DNA from: an uncultured Anaerolineaceae bacterium
GTDB lineage: Bacteria; Chloroflexota; Anaerolineae; Anaerolineales; E44-bin32
Direction: 5' to 3'
DNA length: 62,979 bases
Assembly: GCA_964517315.1 (NCBI GenBank)
Contig: CAZFCJ010000004.1
Coordinates: 267-63,245 of the forward strand
Below the pieces are notes generated by a model that saw only the letters and a program-made list of their open reading frames with translations, was not told the DNA's origin and made no database searches. Below are positions 9,566 through 17,613 of this stretch, piece after piece; within the stretch, counting starts at the first letter, position 1; every line of letters starts with the position of its first letter. The position numbers and the translations under genes were made by a program.

Positions 9566-10333
9566 GAGGTCCCCTTTCGTATGGATGGAGCCTGGGCTGA
9601 CCTGACCTTATCGTACCCAACGAACGCGGTTTCATGATCCCGGCTGGCGGGATCTGTGCTCCCCATTCTCGCACCTTGGACGGGACCACTGAGCTGTCTG
9701 CGCCAGCCCGCTTCCCGTGAGAATAGATGCACCCCGACGGGAGCCGGCGGCCGAGGCACACCACATAGACCGCTCGACGCCTGAGCAAAGCCGCGTTTGC
9801 ATCCATGCCTGTATCCACTTCTCATGACCGGATGCATGGAATGTGGACCCGAACCCCGGTAGTTTGGGAGCACATGGTTTGAGAACGCCGAACAAAACCG
9901 GCTGGGGTCCCATCCTCGGACGAACGAACCGCGCTCATCATGCCGGCTCTCATTGCGGACTTAAGTCCCGCCTGGAGGCCGCCATTGGTGCGCTCGAAAT
10001 GGGCGAGTGGCCGATGGTTTCCACGGGGACCAACCCGAACTGAGCCCCGATCTGGTGGTGAACCACTTGTTTGATGACCGTGCCTCAATCGAGAGCCCAC
10101 TGGGGCGGTGGAAAGGTGTCAGTCCTGAGGCGAATCTTACCCCCTGGGCTGCTGGTGACTGTGTGGACGCGTCCTGCGTACTTGGGGTGGTTTTCTTGGA
10201 TCGCGCATCGAAGCTTCTCACCAAGGTCTCCATCACGTGCGGACCCAAACTCTCACTCGGCGGGCGGGTTGATGGAAGTGACTGGCGGTCCCTCCCGACG
10301 AGGACATGCAGGTGATCGAAGACAGATTACGCA

Positions 10334-10888
10334 GTGTTGGCTACTTTTGAATGGCGCCCTCCCCGCTGTGGAGAAATTGCGGTCGCCTCCGCGGTCTCGG
10401 CGATCCCGATCTTCGTTTGGTCGACGCTGGCGGTGCTGGAAGCCGTTCCGGCTTGGATCCTCAAGATGAACGCCTGGGATCTGGTGGGGATGCTCGCCTA
10501 CACCCAAGCCTTCGCCTTCCTGGAAGGCGCACTGATTGCCCTGACGCTGGTCCTGGCCGCCACCGTGCTGCCGAGACCGCTACTGGGACAGCAATTCGCA
10601 GTCAAGGGATCAGTGCTTGGATTGCTCAGCGTGTTCTGGTGGATTGGCCTGGAGACCATCGACAAGCGAATACTCGACAGCCGAACAATGAGCATCGCCG
10701 CGCTCACAGCTGCCTATCTGATTCTCCTGGTCCTTTGCTACTTCTTCGTATACCCGCGGCAAAGGCCGGCCGGTGTATTGCGCAGGGCGATCGAAAGCCT
10801 CTCTGTGTTGGGCTTTCTTTATGCAGCGCTGGGATTGCTCGGCGTGGTCATCATCTTGCTCCGAAACCTGATCGGACTGCTTGGATGA
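10334..10888 (+). CDS. polytopic membrane protein, unknown function
   Basis: GTG start, 184 aa, about 5 hydrophobic helices. Its stop overlaps the next gene's start (ATGA). Confidence 0.6.
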   Translation: MLATFEWRPPRCGEIAVASAVSAIPIFVWSTLAVLEAVPAWILKMNAWDLVGMLAYTQAFAFLEGALIALTLVLAATVLPRPLLGQQFAVKGSVLGLLSVFWWIGLETIDKRILDSRTMSIAALTAAYLILLVLCYFFVYPRQRPAGVLRRAIESLSVLGFLYAALGLLGVVIILLRNLIGLLG

Positions 10889-12405
10889 GCGTGGGACTTT
10901 CGCGGCGGGATTTCATCAAGCTGTCGGGCATGTTGCCGCTGGTCAAGCCCATGCAGGCCGGGCTCGGCGATCTCCATGGCCCGTCGCCACCGAGCATTCT
11001 GATTCTAGTATTGGACACCCTCTCCGCTCGCCATATGTCGCTGTTCGGCTATCGGCGGCAAACGACACCCAACTTGGAGCGCTTCGCCCAACGGGCCACT
11101 GTCTTCCACCGCTGTATTTCCGGCGGAAATTTCACCACGCCCGGCACGGCTTCGCTGTTGACCGGTACCTACCCTTGGTCTCACCGTGCGTTTCATATCA
11201 ACGGCACAGTCGCTGATCAGGTCGCCGGCCGCAATCTTTTCAGGCTCTTGCGCGGTCGAGCGTATCGCCTCGCCTATACCCACAATACTCTGGCTGATTT
11301 TCTGCTATGGCAATTCGCGCAGGATATCGACGACCACAAACCGAGCCGCGAACTGGCCATTAACAGCGACAAGTTTGCCGAGCTGATCTTCCCGGCGGAT
11401 CCCATCGTGGCTCGCTCGGCCGAATGGGTCATCGAGAACGGAGACGACAGCGTCCACCCCAGCTCTTTGTTTCTTCACCGGCTCCACGATCGGCTGGCCA
11501 GTGGCCTTCAAACCCAGGCCAGAAATGCTCTGGGGGACCGATTTCCTCGCGGCGTGCCACGGATACATGGTATGAACTTTGTGTTAGAGGATGCCATCGA
11601 TTGGATCGCCGGCCAGCTGAAATCCTTGCCGAGGCCGTTTCTCGCCTACGTTCACCTGATCCCGCCCCATGCCCCATACGCTGCCCGCCGCGACTTCGTC
11701 GATCTTTTCGAGGGTGCCTGGACGCCGAGTGTCAAGGGACCTGCTCTCTTCTCGCAGGGGGTTCATCCCGATAGGCTCCGACACGAACGCAGGATGTACG
11801 ACGAATACCTGGCCTACACGGACGCCGAATTCGGGCGCCTCTTCGACTTCATGCTCCAAGAGCAGATACTCGACGATACACTGTTGGTCGTGACTTCCGA
11901 CCATGGTGAACTCTTCGAGAGGGGCATTCTCGGTCATCTGACCTCGAGCTTGTACGACCCCGTCATACACGTTCCCTTGCTGATTTCTCACCCCGGCCAG
12001 GAACGGCGTGTCGATATCCGTGTGCCTGTTTCGACAGTCGACATCCTTCCTACACTGCTTCGCGCCTTGGGCGAACCGATCCCCGGATGGGTGGAGGGCC
12101 GGGTTCTTCCCGGCTTCGGCCCTGACAGGCATGCCGGGGCCCGAGCCGTCTACGCCGTAGAGGCCAAGAAGAGCCCGAAACAGGGTCCGCTCCGCACCGG
12201 AGGGGTGGCCATGGTTAAGGGGGAATACAAGCTGGTGCGATACTTCGGCCATGATGAGCCGCTTCACGACCATTATCAACTTTTCCATCTTCTCAACGAT
12301 CCTGAAGAGATGCAGGATCTGTATCCAAAGGGGCTGCGCATCGCCCGGCTCATGCGGGAGGAGCTGTTGGAGGAGATGAGCTCGGCCAATCAGAACCTCT
12401 TCTAG
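10885..12405 (+). CDS. sulfatase-like alkaline-phosphatase-superfamily enzyme with a Tat signal
   Basis: MSVGLSRRDFIKLSG twin-arginine signal, VLDTLSARH, TTPGTASLLTGTYPWSH, SDHGE motifs. The upstream 178 codons of the long ORF are rejected. Confidence 0.85.
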   Translation: MSVGLSRRDFIKLSGMLPLVKPMQAGLGDLHGPSPPSILILVLDTLSARHMSLFGYRRQTTPNLERFAQRATVFHRCISGGNFTTPGTASLLTGTYPWSHRAFHINGTVADQVAGRNLFRLLRGRAYRLAYTHNTLADFLLWQFAQDIDDHKPSRELAINSDKFAELIFPADPIVARSAEWVIENGDDSVHPSSLFLHRLHDRLASGLQTQARNALGDRFPRGVPRIHGMNFVLEDAIDWIAGQLKSLPRPFLAYVHLIPPHAPYAARRDFVDLFEGAWTPSVKGPALFSQGVHPDRLRHERRMYDEYLAYTDAEFGRLFDFMLQEQILDDTLLVVTSDHGELFERGILGHLTSSLYDPVIHVPLLISHPGQERRVDIRVPVSTVDILPTLLRALGEPIPGWVEGRVLPGFGPDRHAGARAVYAVEAKKSPKQGPLRTGGVAMVKGEYKLVRYFGHDEPLHDHYQLFHLLNDPEEMQDLYPKGLRIARLMREELLEEMSSANQNLF

Positions 12406-12486
12406 GGTCCTCGCATCGGCTGAGCCCTGAAATTGAGAGGGTTAAATTCGGTCCATCAGGGGCTGATCCAGGCGCGCCTGAAATGA

Positions 12487-12525
12487 GGGCCCGTGGCATC
12501 CCCGGTCCGGGAACACCACGGGCCC
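12487..12525. terminator. GC hairpin between convergent genes
   Basis: GGGCCCGTGG ... CCACGGGCCC, a 10-bp stem. No clear U-tract. Confidence 0.4.
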
Positions 12526-12574
12526 AAGCGCCGGCTTTGATTCCCCGGCGCGTTACGGTGGGCTGCGCCGCAGG

Positions 12575-13264
12575 CTACTCGGTATCGCCGACCTCCGTGC
12601 CCCAATAGGATCGGATCTCCGCGTCCCAATCCGGGTCACTCGGATCCGGCCATGTGTTCAGATCTACAGTTGGGGCGCCCTGCAACTGCTCCTGATCGAT
12701 GTCGAGGGTGATGGTCCTCTGCTGCTCATCGAGGCTGACCAGGTCCCAAGGGACAGGCGTACCCTGCGAAACGGCCTGTTGGCCCTGGCCCTCTGTCGCC
12801 GGAGTGGGGGAACCTGTGGTCGTCTCCCCACCAGCTTCCGGCTCCAAACTGATGACCAGGTAGACCACCCTGCCCTGGTTCAGATCGAGCACGAGATCCA
12901 CCAGAGAGCCGACCTCTGTGCCATCCGCCAACTGGACTGAGTATTCCTCGAAGATATCGGTCGACAGGTCCGGCACCATCTCCTCACCCGTCGGCGGTAT
13001 CGCCCCTTCTGTCTCCGTGGCAGCGGGTGTCTCTGCGGCCGGCGTCTCGGCCAACGGCGTCTCGGCCAGCGGCGTCTCGGCCAGTGGCGTCTCGGCCAGC
13101 GGCGTCTCCGCAAATGGCGTCTCCGCTATGGGAGATCCCTCCATGGGTGTCTCCAGAGCGCCGGGGGTTCCCTCGCCATCTTCGGCGGGCTGGCATCCTG
13201 CCAGGACAACCGACACGGCCAACAGCGCTGAGATCAAAATCGTCTTCTTCATCTTTACCTTCAC
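12575..13264 (-). CDS. lipoprotein with (A)ETPL tandem repeats and a PRC-barrel-like C-terminal domain
   Basis: Signal peptide plus lipobox VLAGC, a repeat tract, then EEYSVQLADGTEVGSLVDLVLDLNQGRVVYLVIS. Confidence 0.75.
   Translation of the reverse strand: MKVKMKKTILISALLAVSVVLAGCQPAEDGEGTPGALETPMEGSPIAETPFAETPLAETPLAETPLAETPLAETPAAETPAATETEGAIPPTGEEMVPDLSTDIFEEYSVQLADGTEVGSLVDLVLDLNQGRVVYLVISLEPEAGGETTTGSPTPATEGQGQQAVSQGTPVPWDLVSLDEQQRTITLDIDQEQLQGAPTVDLNTWPDPSDPDWDAEIRSYWGTEVGDTE
13026..13130. repeat. about 7 tandem copies of a 15-bp unit (GGCGTCTCGGCCAGC) inside the lipoprotein gene
   Basis: Direct reading. Encodes AETPL x5-7 on the minus strand. Confidence 0.9.
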
Positions 13265-13732
13265 TCCTTATTCGCCTTTAGTCTCCAAAGGTCGACGGAA
13301 GCTTGGGGATTAAGCGAGATTAGGCTGCAGCCTGGCGAAGATCGCCCCGCGCCCCTGTCCGGCGCCTTTGGTGACCTTAAGCTATACGTTCCCTACTTTA
13401 GGGGCCATGGATCAGGGATACAGACCGAGCGGTACACGGGATAGAGGCTGAAGGGCTTGACGACCGGCTGTCATAGGCCGAAGTTCGGTCATTGGCTCAG
13501 CGAAGACTCAGCACCGCTGATCCGGGAGGCGAACCATCCATTCACAGAGAGCACGAATTGGTGACCGGGCGCCTATGAGGTCCATCTTTGGGCGGTCCGG
13601 CCGTTCACAAGGGGCCGTGTCTCATCTGGATGCCCGGCGATCATGTGCAGGCCAAGTGCCCATCGCGAGCAGCCGGAAGCTGGAAGCTAGGCGCGAACAG
13701 CCAAAGGCCGGTGGCCAGTGGGCGAAGGCTAC

Positions 13733-14443
13733 TTATGCTCGGGGCTCAGGCTCGCTGTTCTCGCAGCCGGGATGTGACCAACCCAGGCGCTTGCGCCAGC
13801 TCGCCCAGCGGGACAGCAAATGTACCCACGGAGGCAAGCGGCGGCCGAGGCGCTGGGCGCGTTTGAGCGAGGCCTTCATCTCGGCCGGGCCATCGAAGGC
13901 GGGCAGGCGCAGAGTGGTCCGGCCGAGCTCGAACGCGGCGTGGGCGTCGGAGCCCGCCGTCTGCAAAACGCCGTGTTTCCGCGCGAACTCGGCGGCGCGT
14001 CGGTTGGGGGCGTCGCTGATCGAGCGGGCGTTGAAGCCCTCGATGGCGTCCACCAGCGGCAGGATTTCACGCAGCGCCTCGACCCCCCAGGCCCCCGTGC
14101 GGTGGAAATCGAACGGGTGCGAGACGCTGATGAGTGCGCCCTGCTCCCGTAGACGACGGATGGCCTCACCCGGCGCCAGCCCGGCCGGGATTCCGTCCTC
14201 GAGGTAATAGGCCAACAATTCGCCCTGGGTGGTCTGGATCTCCTCGCCGATGATGATTCGCTCCGGATCCAGCTCGGCGCAGGCCAGCGCGCCTCCGATG
14301 GTGTTGTGATCGGTCACCGCGATCCGGTCCAGGCCCCGTTTGCGGGCGTGCTCGACCAATTGATCGGGGCGCACCAGGCTGTCCGGTGAGAAGCAGGTGT
14401 GGCAGTGGAGTTCGACGATGAACGAAGTGGGCGTGTCAGTCAA
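13733..14443 (-). CDS. PHP-domain metal-dependent phosphoesterase
   Basis: ELHCHTCFSPDS, IAVTDHNT, SVSHPF, GSDAH motifs. TTG start proposed at 14443. The ATG at 14548 would overlap the upstream gene by 113 nt. Confidence 0.75.
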   Translation of the reverse strand: MTDTPTSFIVELHCHTCFSPDSLVRPDQLVEHARKRGLDRIAVTDHNTIGGALACAELDPERIIIGEEIQTTQGELLAYYLEDGIPAGLAPGEAIRRLREQGALISVSHPFDFHRTGAWGVEALREILPLVDAIEGFNARSISDAPNRRAAEFARKHGVLQTAGSDAHAAFELGRTTLRLPAFDGPAEMKASLKRAQRLGRRLPPWVHLLSRWASWRKRLGWSHPGCENSEPEPRA

Positions 14444-15437
14444 CGGAGGCCCGCTCCGGGTGCGGCTCGAACCGGGTTGCGTCAGGAGCGGTTGCAAACA
14501 GCTCTCGGCGCCACACCGCCCAGGCCGCGAATCCCGTGGCCACGCCAAACCACAGCGTTAACAGGCGCACGAGCAGCGTGGCCGCGGCCGCCTGGGCGGT
14601 CGACATTCCGAGCACGAAGGTGAACATGCCCGCCATCGTGATCTCCGAAGCCCCCAACCCGCCGGGGAGCGCCGAAAGGGCGCCTACGATCGTCGAGAGG
14701 GCCAGGACGAAGACCGCCAGCGTCAGGGTTCGCCAGCCGGGCTCCACGCCCAGCCCCAGCAGGACGAGATAGGTGGCGATACCTTCTCCGGTCCAGGCGA
14801 TTGTTCCCAGCAACACCGCGATTAGGTTGGGTTTGGGGCGGAAGAGCTGGTAGGCGCCGTCGTAGAACTCATGTAGATCGTGGGCAAACCGTTCGACCAG
14901 AGGCAGCCGCTCCATGATCGAAAGCAGGCGCAGGGCCAGCGGGCGGGTCTGCAGGACCAGGATCAGGGCGATCAGGAACGCCAGCGCGGCCAGGAAGGCC
15001 GGCAGGTAGCGCGGGAAGGCCAGGATGCCCAAGGTGGAAAGCACCAGCATCGCCAGGCCGTCGCTGACCCTCTCGGCCAGCACCACCGGGACGCCGCGGG
15101 CCACCGGCGCGCCGGTGGCCTGATGCAGCCACACCGCCTTCATCGCCTCTCCGACCTTGCCCGGGGTGACCGCCAACGGGAAACCGGCCAGAAAGATCCG
15201 CGCGCTGCGCCGTGCGCCAATCGGGGGCATGTCGACTTGTCCCAGGTAGTAGTGCCATTTGACGAAGCGCAGCGCATAGTTGATGAGCGTACCTGCCAGG
15301 ATCGCGGGGATCAGGACGAGCGGAAACGACTCCACATGGCCGCTCAGTTGACGTGCATCCGCCACCAGAAGCAGTGCCACAATGACGACAAAGCCGATGA
15401 CAAGTCCGGTCAGGACGCGCTGCCGGATGTTCCGCAT
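14436..15437 (-). CDS. UPF0104 / lysylphosphatidylglycerol-synthase-TM-region (flippase-like) membrane protein
   Basis: 333 aa, about 8 TM helices, N-terminus typical of the family (RFVKWHYYL). Confidence 0.75.
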   Translation of the reverse strand: MRNIRQRVLTGLVIGFVVIVALLLVADARQLSGHVESFPLVLIPAILAGTLINYALRFVKWHYYLGQVDMPPIGARRSARIFLAGFPLAVTPGKVGEAMKAVWLHQATGAPVARGVPVVLAERVSDGLAMLVLSTLGILAFPRYLPAFLAALAFLIALILVLQTRPLALRLLSIMERLPLVERFAHDLHEFYDGAYQLFRPKPNLIAVLLGTIAWTGEGIATYLVLLGLGVEPGWRTLTLAVFVLALSTIVGALSALPGGLGASEITMAGMFTFVLGMSTAQAAAATLLVRLLTLWFGVATGFAAWAVWRRELFATAPDATRFEPHPERASVD

Positions 15438-15526
15438 CTAGAGGCTCCTTTCCGCGGTCCATTCTAGCGCGCGGGTGGAGTCGGGCGCCACGAGGTTGGA
15501 TTGGGCGGCGTGCTACAATATCCAAC

Positions 15527-15979
15527 GTGAGCGAACATCGGGAATGGCCACCACGAGATCGGCGAATAAACCCCATCACCCGCGCCGCTTTTCGGCGCCA
15601 AGTCTGGACCCAAATTTACGGACCGTTGGCGGTGGGGATCCTGTTGATGGCGGCCGTGGCGGCGGCTTTGTGGACCGGCCGCGAGGCCGGAGCCAGCGCT
15701 TGGGCCGACGCCTCGGCGATGCTGTTGATCTTACCGGTCTTGGTGTTGGGCATCCTTGCGCTCATCCTGGTTGTCGGTGGCATTTACGTCCTCCGCATCG
15801 TCATGGCCCGCATCCCCAAACCCGCCCAGCGGATCCAGGCGGTCGTGCGCGAGGTCGACCGCAGGGTCGACCGGATTGCGCAGATCTGTCTGCGACCGTT
15901 CGTCGCTGCCGGCGCGGCGCGCGCCTCCCTGGTTCACGGGATGCGGCGATTGGCCTCGATTGTCCAGTCTGAAGACTGA
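15527..15979 (+). CDS. hypothetical membrane protein
   Basis: GTG start, 150 aa, two long hydrophobic helices. Confidence 0.5.
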   Translation: MSEHREWPPRDRRINPITRAAFRRQVWTQIYGPLAVGILLMAAVAAALWTGREAGASAWADASAMLLILPVLVLGILALILVVGGIYVLRIVMARIPKPAQRIQAVVREVDRRVDRIAQICLRPFVAAGAARASLVHGMRRLASIVQSED

Positions 15980-15984
15980 GGAAA

Positions 15985-16233
15985 ATGATGAGCGACAGTC
16001 CACGGGAAGACTTCCAGGTCCGGCAAAGTTCATCGAATGCCAAGTTTCTCTTTCTGGGCGGCTGCCTCGGCGCGCTGACCGGAGTGGGAATAGCCTATGT
16101 GCTCGCCCAGCGCGCTGAGCGCCAGGGCGGCGAGGTTCGCTTAAGCACAGGCGAAGGTCTGCGCTTGGGCTTGGTGATGTTGGGCATGCTGCGCCAGGTG
16201 GCAGACCTGGCCTTGCCGGACGAGGAGGAATAG
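15985..16233 (+). CDS. hypothetical small membrane protein
   Basis: 82 aa, one TM helix, followed by a strong terminator. Confidence 0.5.
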   Translation: MMSDSPREDFQVRQSSSNAKFLFLGGCLGALTGVGIAYVLAQRAERQGGEVRLSTGEGLRLGLVMLGMLRQVADLALPDEEE

Positions 16234-16255
16234 GACCGGCCCTCACCTGGTCCAC

Positions 16256-16282
16256 ACGGCGCCTCGAGGGCGCCGTTTTTTT
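16256..16282 (+). terminator. intrinsic terminator
   Basis: ACGGCGCC-tcgag-GGCGCCGT followed by T6. Confidence 0.7.
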
Positions 16283-16291
16283 GTGCCCCGG

Positions 16292-16319
16292 TTGTCAACT
16301 GGATCGAATCGAATATAAT
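16292..16319 (+). promoter_or_regulatory. promoter TTGTCA-16 nt-TATAAT; the arsR-family ATG lies 7 nt after the -10 (leaderless)
   Basis: Direct reading. Confidence 0.5.
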
Positions 16320-16326
16320 AAACTAT

Positions 16327-16659
16327 ATGGTTGAACAAACTGCGCGCCGATTGGATGTGACGTTCGCCGCGTTGGCCCATCCTACCCGCCGTGACCTTTT
16401 ACGGCGGCTGGCGGCAGCGGAAGCCACGGTCACCGAGCTCGCGGCTCCCTATGACATTTCACTGGCGGCGGTCTCCAAGCATCTTCAGGTCCTGGAAGGC
16501 GCCGGCCTGCTGCGGCGGCGAGTCGAAGGGCGCCAGCATCGCCTGTCGCTCGAAGCCGGACCGATGCGGGAGGCAGCGGAGTGGCTGGCGCATTACCGTG
16601 GCTTCTGGGAGGATAGCCTTGATGCGCTGGAAGCATTGGTGGAGGAGGACGGGCACTGA
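16327..16659 (+). CDS. ArsR/SmtB family transcriptional regulator
   Basis: LAHPTRRDLLRRL ... ISLAAVSKHLQVLEGAGLL helix-turn-helix. Confidence 0.9.
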   Translation: MVEQTARRLDVTFAALAHPTRRDLLRRLAAAEATVTELAAPYDISLAAVSKHLQVLEGAGLLRRRVEGRQHRLSLEAGPMREAAEWLAHYRGFWEDSLDALEALVEEDGH

Positions 16660-16694
16660 GACCTCAGGACGAGCTCACGCTCCAGGTACGGCGC

Positions 16695-17090
16695 GTGGTC
16701 GACGCACCGCGTGAGCGCATCTTCGAGCTGTGGACCGATCCGGATGCCGTCAAACGCTGGTTCGGGGGCGAGGATGTCGAAGTGGAAGCCGTCGACATCG
16801 ACCTGCGCGTCGGAGGCGCGTACTCCATACGCATCCGGGAGACGGAGGGCCATACGCTCGTCCGGGGCGAATTCCTCTACGTGGATCCTCCTGAGCAGCT
16901 GGTGTACACGTGGAAGATGGAAGGTCCCGAGCTTCAGGCGGGTGAGAATGTGGTGCGGGTTTCATTTCGCGATCAGGAGGGACGCACCGAGATCTTGTTG
17001 TCGCATGGTCCGTTTGTCGATCCGCAGGTGGAAGGCGCGCATCGCCAGGGCTGGCACACCTGCCTGGAGGCGCTGGAAGCCCTGTTGTAA
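16695..17090 (+). CDS. SRPBCC (Aha1/BPI-like) domain protein
   Basis: DAPRERIFELWTDPDAVKRWF. Homology appears to extend upstream (ELTLQVRR), so the true start may be a non-canonical codon at 16635-16656. Confidence 0.75.
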   Translation: MVDAPRERIFELWTDPDAVKRWFGGEDVEVEAVDIDLRVGGAYSIRIRETEGHTLVRGEFLYVDPPEQLVYTWKMEGPELQAGENVVRVSFRDQEGRTEILLSHGPFVDPQVEGAHRQGWHTCLEALEALL

Positions 17091-17114
17091 AGGCAGGTCG
17101 GCGCCGGGCTTAAC

Positions 17115-17143
17115 TTGACCCGACTTTTCTTTTGGAGTATTAT
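17115..17143 (+). promoter_or_regulatory. promoter TTGACC-17 nt-TATTAT
   Basis: Direct reading. An inverted repeat ATTCAAC-N6-GTTGAAT (17142-17161) overlaps the -10 and the expected TSS. Confidence 0.55.
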
Positions 17144-17181
17144 TCAACTACTTCGTTGAATATATGGAAGGAGAGCACATC

Positions 17182-17613
17182 ATGCCCGACATACTGCTGG
17201 AGGTTCCGATCGAATCCGATCCGACGCAGGTCTACGACGCGATCACCCGGGCGGAGGGTCTGCGCTCATGGTGGACGACGGACGTGGAGGCGGAGCCGGA
17301 GGAAGGCAGCACCGCGAGATTTCGGTTCGAAGAGGGAATGGTCGAGATGATCATGCGCATCGATCGCCTGGAGGAGGGGCGAGCGGTGGAGTGGTCGGTT
17401 CAGGACCCGGCTCCGCCCGAGTGGGAGGGTACCCGTGTGACCTTCGACCTGACCTCCAGCGATGAAGGGTCCAAGCTGATGTTCGGACATCGGGGGTGGG
17501 AGTCGGTCGACGGCAGCTTCGCCTCGATCAATTACAACTGGGCGTACTACCTCACAAGCCTGAAACAGTACGTTGAGACCGGCGAGGGGTTCCCCCACCG
17601 GCTTGGCGGATAA
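17182..17613 (+). CDS. SRPBCC (Aha1-like) domain protein
   Basis: ILLEVPIESDPTQVYDAITRAEGLRSWW. Start at the ATG preceded by GGAAGGAGAG. The ORF track starts at 17164. Confidence 0.8.
   Translation: MPDILLEVPIESDPTQVYDAITRAEGLRSWWTTDVEAEPEEGSTARFRFEEGMVEMIMRIDRLEEGRAVEWSVQDPAPPEWEGTRVTFDLTSSDEGSKLMFGHRGWESVDGSFASINYNWAYYLTSLKQYVETGEGFPHRLGG

Noticed and set aside
9599-9608. SRP-RNA-like AGGTCAGGTC on the minus strand.
   Set aside because: It is not followed by the conserved GGAAGCAGC helix-8 sequence, and it sits in the 5' UTR of the SDR gene.
9955-9984. tmRNA/tRNA-like 3' end (GCGGACTTAAGTCCCGCCTGGAGGCCGCCA).
   Set aside because: The T-arm has only a 4-bp stem and a 9-nt non-consensus loop. 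The 3' end does not read ...UCCACCA, and no complementary 5' acceptor strand (GGCCUCC or G-U variants) occurs in the 400 nt upstream.
10351-10884. N-terminal 178 codons of the 684-aa ORF 10351..12405.
   Set aside because: This part overlaps, out of frame, a convincing polytopic membrane ORF and is Arg/Gly/Pro-rich. The sulfatase-like protein starts with a Tat signal at ATG 10885 (ATGA coupling).
13026-13130. Regular 15-bp repeats considered as a CRISPR-like array. The 59.8-60.2 kb repeats were considered too.
   Set aside because: There are no spacers. The 15-bp units are contiguous and in-frame within a CDS. The 60-kb units are hairpin elements with only two copies and no cas genes.
13265-13732. 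468-bp spacer upstream of the repeat lipoprotein, scanned for riboswitches (TPP, c-di-GMP, cobalamin).
   Set aside because: No conserved riboswitch core could be matched by eye on either strand. It is left unannotated and might still merit a cmscan.
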